NCBI RefSeq assembly: GCF_001194135.2
Contig: NC_068984.1
Location: 103,230,800 to 103,264,976 of the forward strand
Source of the DNA: Octopus bimaculoides
Taxonomy: Eukaryota
DNA length: 34,177 nt
Reading direction: 5' to 3'
In this document: in pieces, positions 24,206-33,369 of the stretch
Position numbering within the stretch: position 1 is the stretch's first letter
How the letters are laid out: every line of letters begins with the position of its first letter
Translations under genes and position numbers: made by a program
The notes under the pieces: model-generated
What the model was told of the DNA's origin: nothing
Seen by the model: the letters and a program-made list of their open reading frames with translations, nothing else
Databases searched by the model: none

Positions 24206-24670
24206 CATTTATCATTTTACTTGTTTCAGTCACTGCACACTACGGCCATGCTTGGGCATCGCCTTGAAGAGTTCAGCCGAAGACATCGATCTCAATATTT
24301 ATTTTTGTAGGGCGGCGAGCGGGCAGAATCGTTAGCACGCCGGGCGAAATGCTAAGCGGTATTTCGTCTGCTGTTACGTTCTGAGTTCAAGTTCCGCTGA
24401 GATTGACTTTGCCTTTCATCCTTTTGGGGTTGATTAAATAAGTACCAGTTACGCACTGAGGTCGATGTAATCGACTTAATCCCTTTGTCTGTCCTTGTTT
24501 GTCTCCTCTATGCATAGCCCCGTGTGGGCAATAAAGAAATAAATATTTATTTTTGTTTTCTGAGCCTAGTACTTAACTATTGGCGTCTTTTTGCCGAACC
24601 GCTAGCTTACTGGGACATAAACAAAGAAACACCGGTTGACAAACGGTGGTGAGGTATAAGCAAAACATAC
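24206..24670 (-). mobile_element. SINE family B 3' half, interrupted by a SINE-A
   Basis: rc tail ttacttgtttcagtcac..gggcatcgccttgaagag, then ..ttttgccgaaccgctag..caccggttgacaaacggtggtg. Confidence 0.85.
24309..24541 (+). mobile_element. SINE family A (variant tail), nested in SINE-B, with perfect 15-bp TSD
   Basis: aatatttatttttgt at 24294-24308 and 24542-24556; variant tail taatccctttgtctgtccttgtttgtc..gtgggcaataaagaaat. Confidence 0.93.
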
Positions 24671-24795
24671 GCACACACATACACATGCATACGCATATAC
24701 ACATGCGCGCACAAACGCACATACATAGATGCGTGTGTGGGGGGGACTGTTAATCCAGATACATTTTTCCTCTCCCTCTATTTTTCCTCTCATAG

Positions 24796-24831
24796 TTTTC
24801 TGTCGAAGAGCGTAGACTCGAAACGTCAAAG
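24796..24831 (+). ncRNA. Degenerate minimal hammerhead-like motif (Penelope-like element type)
   Basis: tttt-CTGTCGA-a-gag(cgtaga)ctc-GAAAC-GTC-aaag. Topology fits type I, but core A6 is T. Confidence 0.4.
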
Positions 24832-24942
24832 ACTTTTCTCTTTTTCCCGAGCGTCAAACTAATACACGTGTTTGTTGTTCCCTCACCAATCTCTGTCTAT
24901 ATATATATGCATGTATGTATGTATGTATGTATGTATGTATGT

Positions 24943-24973
<31 letters not shown>

Positions 24974-24991
24974 CATATATATTCTATAATT

Positions 24992-25351
24992 CATTTACTT
25001 GTTTCATTCGTTTGACTGCGGTCGGGATAGAGCACCGCCTTTTTTTAAGCGTGATGCTTATTCCATCAGTTTCTTTTGCTGAACCGCTAAGTTACGAGTA
25101 TGTAAACACACCAACAACGGTGGCCAAGCAGTGATGGGGAAGCAGACACAAAGACACATACATATAGATATATACATGTGTGTGTGCGTGACGGGTGTCT
25201 TTCAGTTTCCGTCCATCAAATCTACTGACAAGGCTTTCATTGACCCGCGGCTATAGTAGAAGATTCCTGCTTAAAATGCCGCACAGTGGGACTGAACCCA
25301 AGACAACATAGTTGAAAAGCAAGCTTTTTGACTACACAGTCATGCCTGCGT
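24992..25351 (-). mobile_element. SINE family B, full length, degenerate
   Basis: rc tail acttgtttcatt..gagcaccgcc; internal AT/GT repeat; rc head cacagtgggactgaaccc..aagcaagc..tacacagtcatgcctgcg. Confidence 0.88.
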
Positions 25352-25676
25352 CAATACTCTACTATTTCGGCCACCTATGAACCCGATTTACTTTGATTGA
25401 AAATAACGATAACGTTCCCCGAGTCCAAATGAAAACTTATGATTACACACACATTATATTTGTGCAAGATATTAGAGATAAGTCCGTAAATCTGACTGGA
25501 GTTGCCAGAAATAAGTTGTAAGCTGGGATTTAGATCTCTGTCAGTTTGTTGCATCGGCCTCAATATTCAGATTTAAGCGAACGATGAACACTTTGGATGA
25601 GAATTATTGCTTTTTGATGTATCAAAATAAGTGATGAAAATACAAAAAGTATGGGATTAAGTCAACAAAAGAAAGT

Positions 25677-25678
25677 AG

Positions 25679-25761
<83 letters not shown>

Positions 25762-25778
25762 GATAGATAGACAGACAG

Positions 25779-25839
<61 letters not shown>

Positions 25840-25995
25840 GATAGAGAGAGAGACAGAGACAGAGACAGACAGACAGACAGACAGACAGTCGACAGACAGA
25901 CCGATAGTGCATAGATAGATAGATATATAGGTAGGTAGGTAGGTAGGTAGGTAGGTAGGTAGGTAGGTAGGTAGGGAGGTAGGTAGGTAGGTAGA
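25677..25995. repeat. (GATA)n-(GA)n-(GACA)n-(GGTA)n compound microsatellite
   Basis: Direct reading. Confidence 0.97.
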
Positions 25996-26129
25996 TGTGT
26001 TTTTAGAACTATCTTCCTAGTCAGGGAATTTGCAAGCTATATAAGAATAAGAACAGAGTTTGGACAAAATGCAGTGGAAGTATATCTTTGATACTTGACA
26101 AGCCGTCAATTTCTATTCTTCTTCCTAAG

Positions 26130-26710
26130 TTCCATCATTACCACTGCCACCACTGCTAACATTTTCACCATCATCACCATCATCACCATCACCACCATCA
26201 CCACCACACCACTAACAACAACAACAACATCATCATCACTTCCACCTCCTCCACCATGTTCTTTTGTGTCACCTTTAACTGTGCCTTGTCCATCTACAAG
26301 CAATACTCGCTTCTTCCGCCTTCTTAAAAAGAAACCAACGCCCAGCACCATCATTATCATCATTATCATCATCATCATCATCATTACCACCACCATTATC
26401 AAAACCACCACCACCATCATCAACATCATCATCGACTCCGTCGTCGTCGTCGTCACCAACCTCACAACCATCATCCTACCACTATCAACACCAGCATCAA
26501 CAACAATAACACTATCCAACAATATGAAATATAAGAACGCTAGCAGCAATAGCAAGTGTTGCTTGTTATTTGTTAACATCATCATCATCATCCACATCAT
26601 CATCATCATCATCAGCATCGCTTTCATAATCGTTACCACCATCATTTTTCGACGACTGTGGCTACCATCCACAGCGAACCCCCACCACCACCAACCACCA
26701 CTACCCAACA
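26130..26710. repeat. (CAT/CAC/AAC)n low-complexity tract
   Basis: Degenerate triplet repeats. Confidence 0.9.
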
Positions 26711-26799
26711 CCCCCGCATTGCCCCGGTCTATCCACCTGATGTTGTTGTCTATTGTTGGTGAAGACCAAGAACTGTAGCAGTTGGTTTAACAATACAGA

Positions 26800-27545
26800 A
26801 CGAGGAAGAAGTGAAGGAGAAGCAGAGGAGGAACAGTCGCAGGAGGAGAAGGAGGAGGAGGAGGAAGTTGAGAAGCTCGTGGTGCTGGAGGAGCAGGTGG
26901 AGGAAGAGGAGGAAGAGGATGGGGAAGAGGAGGGGAGAGGAGGAAGAGGAGGAGGATGAGGNNNNNNNNNNNNNNNNNNNNNNNNNNNNNNNNNNNNNNN
27001 NNNNNNNNNNNNNNNNNNNNNNNNNNNNNNNNNNNNNNNNNNNNNNNNNNNNNNNNNNNNNNNGAGCAATAGAGGAGAAGGAGCAATAGAGGAGAAGGAG
27101 CAATAGAGGAGAAGGAGCAATAGAGGAGAAGGAGCAATAGAGGAGAAGGAGCAATAGAGGAGAAGGAGCAATAGAGGAGAAGGAGGAGGAAGAGGGGGAA
27201 GAGGAGGAATAGAGGAGGAGGAATAGAGGAGAAGGAGGAATAGAGGAGAAGGAGTAATAGAGGAGAAGGAGGAATAGAGGAGAAGGAGGAATAGAGGAGA
27301 AGGAAGAGAAAGAAATAGAGTAGGAAGAAGAAAAGGAGGAAGAAGAAGAGGAGGAAGAAGAAAAGGAGGAAGAAGAAGAGGGGGAAGAAGTAGAAGAAGA
27401 AGAACAAGAAGAACAAGAAGAACAAGAACAAGAACAAGAACAAGAACAAGAACAAGAAGAAGAAAAAGATGATGATGAAGAAGAGGAAGGAGAGGAGGAG
27501 GAAGAAGAGGAGGAGGAAGAGGAGCTAGAGGAGTTGAAGGAGGCA
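26800..27545. repeat. Polypurine tract with 17-bp minisatellite (gagcaatagaggagaag x7 at 27064-27182, then variants)
   Basis: Direct reading; contains gap 26962-27063. Confidence 0.95.
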
Positions 27546-27599
27546 ATTTGGACTGTAAAACGCCAATTCAATCAGTCACTGCTGCAAAATACTTATCCA

Positions 27600-27910
27600 G
27601 TGTCGTTAGCAACAGCGGCAATAGCAACGGCAACGACAATAGCACCAGCAACAATAACAACACCGCCATTACCACCACCGCCAGTGACAACAATAACAAC
27701 AACAACAACAATACCAATACTGACAACAGCAGCAACAACGAAGAGCCATAGCAACACACAGCAGCAACTGCGATGACAGCAAGAACAGCTAGAACGACGA
27801 CGACGACGACAATGACAATGATGACAGCAGCAGCAGCAAGAACAATAGCCATAGCAACACAAGTAACAACTGCAACAACAACGTTAACAACACCAGCGAA
27901 AACAGGAAGT
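27600..27910. repeat. (ACA/GCA/ACG)n low-complexity tract
   Basis: Degenerate triplet repeats. Confidence 0.88.
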
Positions 27911-28486
27911 AACACAGCAGCCGCAAAGCAAACCATTAAGACGACAGAGATGCATAAAACGGGTGTGATATTGACGACAGTGGTTGCTATGGCAACCATA
28001 GTGGATATGTTCAACAAGCCAAGCTTTCACATACGAACACCACGCTCTTTCCTACTCTTTCTCACTCTCTCTCTCTCTATCGCTTTCCTACTCTCTCTTC
28101 TTCTTCTTCTCCGTCTATTTATTTATCTATCTATTTGTATTTGTTTCACACTCACTGACTCTCAATTATACAGCTAGCTCCTGTCATTACTCCTCAAACT
28201 TCCCTTTAAAATGCTGGTGTGTGTGTGTGTGTGGTACGAAACTATCTATTTATGTATCTCTCTTTTTTCTACTCGCTGGCTTGCCACGTTCTCTCATTAA
28301 CTCTCTTTCTCTTTCTCTCTTCCCCTCCTTCTCCCTCCTTCGCCCGTATGTGTACATACATATACACGTATGTGCACATACGAAACTTTCGACCGTTGAG
28401 TTACTTTGTAGCCCACCTCTGATTAGGAGCAATAAATTAAATCATGTATTGAGCTCTATTTATTCTGCTTGTTCTATTAAACACAG

Positions 28487-28487
<1 letters not shown>

Positions 28488-28550
<63 letters not shown>

Positions 28551-28655
28551 CAGACAGTCAGACAGACAGACAGACAAGCAGGCAGGCAGGCAGGCAGGCA
28601 GACAGACAGACAGACAAACAGACAGACAAACAGACAGATAGATAGATAGATATAT
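28488..28655. repeat. (GATA)n-(GACA)n-(GGCA)n compound microsatellite
   Basis: Direct reading. Confidence 0.95.
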
Positions 28656-28681
28656 ACACATATGCATATATGTGTGTGTGT

Positions 28682-28840
28682 GAGGTCTTAGTTTCCGTTT
28701 ATCAAATCTATTCATATGGCTTGTGAGTAGCTATAGTCGAATACACAAGCCGAAGTAGAATACACTATCCCAAGGTGCCACACAGTGAGAGAGAAACACG
28801 GAAGGAGCAAACTTCTTACAAGACTGCTACACCTGCACCT
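28682..28840 (-). mobile_element. SINE family B 5' half, degenerate
   Basis: agtttccgtttatcaaatc..cccaaggtgccacacagtg..agcaaacttcttac..cacctgcacct. Confidence 0.7.
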
Positions 28841-28850
28841 AGATAGATAG

Positions 28851-28881
<31 letters not shown>

Positions 28882-29147
28882 TGTATGTATGCATGTATGT
28901 ATGCATGTAAATACATAGAAACAGGTTCCAAAGAGGTCGGTGTTGATCTGCGTCTGCAAAGCTTATATTGTGTAGTAACATAAAAAGAGTACAGTGAACT
29001 TGCCATGAGGAGCAGAAAATAAACGATTTGGACGGAGACCTTTCTCAAGGAAAAGTTGGAAAGAGGGAAATAAATGAGGGACAGCAGATTTTTACATTTT
29101 CGAAGAAAAAGAAATCAGGTAGACTGTTTCGAGCCATCTATTCGCTT

Positions 29148-29197
<50 letters not shown>

Positions 29198-29278
29198 GTA
29201 TGCATACATATCTACATGTATGTGCATACATATATTATACATATACATATACATGTATATTACACATATATATGTATA

Positions 29279-30153
29279 CTAGCTGACGTACCCGGTAATT
29301 CACGGGAAAGCGACGCTTATCGTTTGGTTCCGTTCTCATAATTGTTTCGCATATTCAATAACAAGAATACAAAGTATGTAGCCCGTAAAACGGGTTTTGT
29401 GCATTTACAGAGTATACTAAACTGTTTTACACAGGATCTTGCTTTTAGGAATTTCCAATAAGTTATAAATACCCAAATTGTGAAGTCATTTATATAATAA
29501 CATGAAATTAGTTACCCGATAGCAAGAATTCAAATTAAGTAGCCCCGAAAAGGGCTTTAATGCGTTCCCAGAGTATATAGAACATAGGAGGAAATACTAA
29601 TAAGGTATGTATACTAAAATCGTGAAGCATGTTACGTAATAACAGGCTAATCAAATATGAGATAATAACAATTGAAAGTAAATAACTCTGGAAAGGGCTT
29701 TTGTGCGTTCCCAGAGAATATTACCCTCAGCGGCGCTAGTGTTGGTATATTCGTGAATAAGTCACTAACCGAAATAAGTGGATCTATTGTTTAGGAAAAT
29801 ACTATTTACTTGTTTAAGGGTTGTACTGGATAAATTGCGAAAATAACTCAATAAGCATACTCAATTTGATTTATAACAAATGATTTAGGAAAATGAATGG
29901 ACTATTTCCCTTGGCTTTTAAAATCTGGGCGAATGGATTATTTCCCTTGAATGTTAAAATGAAATATATTAGATATATATAAGGATCCCTTCCAGGGGCC
30001 CTATTATCACAATCTGAGTATACCATGAGATTTCCAGACCTGAGTTGTACTTACATGTCAAGTTCCATCAAAATCGATAAAACGATGTAGGAGGAGTTAG
30101 CTAACAACTCCACAAACACACCCACAGACACAATTACCCACATATGTAGTAGA
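29279..30153 (-). mobile_element. Non-autonomous Helitron (875 bp)
   Basis: On the minus strand: A|TCTACTACATATG... 5' end; ...CCCGTGAATTACCGGG hairpin, 8 nt, CTAG|T 3' end. Inserted between A and T with no TSD; sub-5' segment (plus strand aagttccatcaaaatcg..) of the kind common in these elements. Confidence 0.82.
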
Positions 30154-30244
30154 TATATGTGTGAGAGAGGGGGAGAGAGAATGAGAGAGAGAGAGGGAAG
30201 GAGAAAGAGAATTAAAGATAGATACAAATTTATATTTCCTACGT

Positions 30245-30453
30245 GCGTTTCGTCATTATAGTTTCTTGAAGCCCTGCAATAGGTGTTTCAAGTGCATTTG
30301 GATGCTTAACCACAACGGATCATCAGGGAGCACTTTATACGTATCTATATCTTAATGTAATAAAGTGCTCCCTGGTTATCTGTTGTGATTGAACGTCCAT
30401 ATGTACTTGAAATACCTATTGAATGACATCAAACAACTATAATGATAAAACGC
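30245..30453. repeat. Foldback inverted repeat (94-bp arms, 21-bp spacer)
   Basis: Arms 30245-30338 and 30360-30453 pair without gaps: 76/94 Watson-Crick, 7 G:T on the + strand (manual count). Confidence 0.93.
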
Positions 30454-30707
30454 GCATAAGAACTATAATATAAACTCGTGTTTATCGTTATTTTCCCTAG
30501 TAATACAAATTAGTATAGAAGTAACTTAACAACTATACAGGAAGCAGACTGGATTATGATAATCTACCTGGAGATCTACAGTGGTCTTTTCCCCTCGACT
30601 GATTTTAATAGCTCTTTTTACCACAAAGCATTCACGACGCAAATTTCTTTACCCACAAGTAACAAAAGTGAAGTTAGAAACACTCTACACACACTTAACT
30701 TATGTAA

Positions 30708-30925
30708 TATTGGTTTTAAATTTTAGCACAAGACCTGCAGTTTTGGGAAAGGAGTAAGTTGATTAAATCGATTCACGTGTTCAACAAGTACTTGCTTTAT
30801 CGACCCCGAAAGAATGAAAAGTAAACTCCACCTCGGTGATATTTGAACTCGGAACGTAAAGACGGACGAAATACCGCTAGGCATTTTACCTGGTATGCTA
30901 ACGATTCTGCAAGCTCGCCTCCTTC
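30708..30925 (-). mobile_element. SINE family A, full length
   Basis: tttatcgaccccgaaag..tttgaactcggaacgtaaagacggacgaaataccgctaggcatttt..ctaacgattctgcaagctcgcc. Confidence 0.9.
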
Positions 30926-31035
30926 CTAACTCTTGTAATACTAAGATGCAAATGTTTAGAAACTAAATCTAGTACCACATGTTAACAACCTAAATAAGTC
31001 CTCTCTCTCTCTCTCCATCCTTCTCTTTCTCTCTC

Positions 31036-31077
<42 letters not shown>

Positions 31078-31274
31078 TTTCTTTCTCTCTCTGAATAGTG
31101 ACTTAATAGATAATTCACCTTAACTGATGAAAACGCAGCATCACAGCATGAAAGAGAAAAATATAAATATTTGCTCTTCGCAGTTAAGTTTCAAGAGGGG
31201 TGGCGATTAATTAGATACGAAATTTTCGCATGGCATCAGATTTCTCTTTCCATATTTGCCCTTCATATTATTAT

Positions 31275-31510
31275 GGGAGCGTGTGGCCTATTGATTAGGA
31301 ACGTTGGACTCATAATTGCGAGATCGTGGTTTCAATTCATGTACCGGTTGACGCGTTGTGTTCTTGAGTGAAGCACTTCATTTTACATTGCTCCAGTCCA
31401 ATTAGCTGGTAAAAAGGAATCATTCTTTCTTACTCATGAAGCAATTTGCCTGGAGATCATGCTCACCCACAGGTGAAACTTGGTAGCAACAGATTAACTC
31501 AACCCAAATA
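31275..31510 (+). mobile_element. Third tRNA-derived SINE ('C', CORE/V-like body)
   Basis: gggagcgtgtggcctattgattagg (A-box-like), ggtttcaattc (B-box-like), gcgttgtgttcttgagtgaagcacttcattttacattgctccagtcca; cattgctccagtcc recurs at ~22806. Confidence 0.6.
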
Positions 31511-31536
31511 AAACATATTATTAATCTCTGCAATTT

Positions 31537-31760
31537 AAGGCGGCGATCTGGCAGAATCGTTATCACACCGGGAGAAATACTTTGTGGCATTTCGTCCGTT
31601 TTCACGTTCTGAATTCAAATTCCACCGAGGTCGATTTTGCCTTTCATCTTTTCGGGAGTCGATAAATTAAGTACCAGTGAAACATTGGGGTGGATCTTAT
31701 CGACTAGTCTCCTCCCCTAAAACTTAAGGCTTTGTACCTATTGTTGAAAGGATTATTAAT
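31537..31760 (+). mobile_element. SINE family A, full length
   Basis: aaggcggcgatctggcagaatcgtt..gaattcaaattcc..gtcgataaattaagtaccag..gaaaggattatt. Confidence 0.9.
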
Positions 31761-32127
31761 CCCTACTACGATACTGAGTACACTTTATATATGATCGGGT
31801 GTTTATATATATATATAAGTGTTTACCCTCGAAGTAAGATGTTACTATTGTTAATTTTATCTGCAGTGAATATTTTTTAATCGATAGTATTAACAGCAGA
31901 AACATATACGGTTCAATAGGTCCAATAGCATTATACAGCTATAAAATTTAAAGTTAGCACAAGGCATGAGGATGCGGGAAAGCATCGACCTGTTTAGAAA
32001 TAGGAACTAAACTCCTAATGCAACCGCCGGAAGGCACAAAATAACAGAAAAATCAGAGTAGGCGAGGAAACGGCTAAAGAATTAAGGCATTAAAAAAGCA
32101 TGCCTTTAAAGAATATGCCATTCAGAT

Positions 32128-32186
32128 ACTTATATACTATAGTTTCGGATTCTGGCCCAAAGGCCTCAACCTTCTTCAGAGTGAGT
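32128..32186 (-). ncRNA. Minimal type-I hammerhead ribozyme motif (Penelope-like element type), stem I degenerate
   Basis: Minus strand: CUGAAGA-A-[GGUU-GA-GGCC-UUUG-GGCC-AG-AAUCC]-GAA-ACUAUAGU-A. Intact core, palindromic stem III, GUA cleavage triplet. Confidence 0.6.
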
Positions 32187-32411
32187 CACTGGTATAAACC
32201 TGCTAGTGTCATGGTATGAGTTACGTTATAAACCTGCCAGTAATATGTCTTGTTTTGCGCCAAGCCGGTTCACATGGTGCAAAATATATATATAAGCAAA
32301 AACATTCGAGTGTTTACACTCGAAGTATGATGTTACTACTGTTAATATCACATGCAGGGAATATTTTCAATTGATATAATGTGTTTTGTGTGTGTGTGTG
32401 TGTGTGTGTGT

Positions 32412-32606
32412 AATCATTAGCACGCCGGGCAAAATGTTTAGTGGTATTTCATGTCTGCACGTTTTGAGGTCAAATCCTGGCATGGTCGACTTTGCCTTTC
32501 ATCCTTTCGGGGTCGATAAAGTAAGTACCAGTTGAGTACTGGGGATTGATGTAATCGACTAGTCCTCTCACCCAAAATTCCAGGCCTTGTACCTTTAGTA
32601 GAAAGG

Positions 32607-32607
<1 letters not shown>
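32412..32607 (+). mobile_element. SINE family A, 5'-truncated, tail running into (ATT)n
   Basis: ttagcacgccgggcaaaatg..gtcgactttgcctttcatcctttcggggtcgataaagtaagtaccag..gtagaaaggattattatt. Confidence 0.9.

Positions 32608-32687
<80 letters not shown>
32608..32687. repeat. (ATT)n microsatellite (further tracts at 32893-32914, 33291-33369, 33851-33890)
   Basis: Direct reading. Confidence 0.98.
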
Positions 32688-32689
<2 letters not shown>

Positions 32690-32892
32690 ATAGTTTTATT
32701 TTTACAGCGTTCATTCACTTCACTACCGAGCGCAGCTCTGTGTGTCTTGGGTATGTGCTGTGGTTTGCTGTGATGCTCTTATGGTTACTGTATTGAAAGT
32801 GCTTTGCGTAGGATGTGTGCAGTGCCCAGTAGTGCAATTTTCTGTATGTTATACATACTTGTAAGTCCTGTTGTTTTTGTTATGTATTTGTC
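32688..32892 (-). mobile_element. R4/Dong-clade non-LTR retrotransposon 3' end, family 1
   Basis: DKYITKTTGLTSMYNIQKIALLGTAHILRKALSIQ* (32892-32785) plus ~100-nt 3' UTR, with (TAA)n on both sides. Confidence 0.85.
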
Positions 32893-32914
32893 TTATTATC
32901 ATTATTATTATTAT

Positions 32915-33289
32915 GTTGTTTTTTTTTCTTCTTTCTTCAAATTTTCTTCCATTTCTCGCCGAGTATTTTCCGTACACCTAGGGCAGAGAAATTCGTTGTA
33001 TGCATTCCCAGTTTACACACACAAATTCACAGGTAAAATATGTATTTAAAAACAAACAAAAAATTCATGAATGGTTGTTGTTTTCAAAGCGATAATGCTC
33101 TTCTCAGTACATGAGTCATTCCAGTTAACACGATTTTTTGCACTTCCTGTAGAGATGCTAAGCCTGGTATCATTTTCAGATAGGTTTCAGTACCTTTTTT
33201 CTTATCATTCCTAGAGATCCTACAATCACTGGTACNNNNNNNNNNCATTTGTCAGCGGTTTTGATTTTATAATGCTGATATATTGTCCA

Positions 33290-33290
<1 letters not shown>
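32915..33290 (-). mobile_element. R4/Dong-clade non-LTR retrotransposon 3' end, family 2
   Basis: WTIYQHYKIKTADK(W) (33290-33246), a 10-N gap, then VPVIVGSLGMIRK(fs)GTETYLKMIPGLASLQEVQKIVLTGMTHVLRRALSL* (stop 33084-33086) and 3' UTR; (TAA)n on both sides. Confidence 0.88.
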
Positions 33291-33367
<77 letters not shown>

Positions 33368-33369
33368 TA

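Noticed and set aside
23460-27300. CRISPR-like regularly spaced repeats (ttggtcaag units; 17-bp minisatellite)
   Set aside because: Eukaryotic context, repeats too degenerate or lacking unique spacers, and no cas genes.
26095-28177. Long ORFs (up to 281 aa) on both strands
   Set aside because: Homopolymer-rich translations of triplet repeats, open in several frames at once, crossing an N gap and a 17-bp repeat whose period is not a multiple of 3. No domain signature.
29121-29152. Minus-strand ..aagcgaatagatggctc-GAAAC-AGTC hammerhead-like match
   Set aside because: The core reads CAGAAAA (two mismatches from CUGANGA) and stem I is absent.
31124-31153. CTGATGA...GAAA (similar match at 4541-4567)
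   Set aside because: No convincing stem II, III or I pairing; expected by chance in AT-rich DNA.
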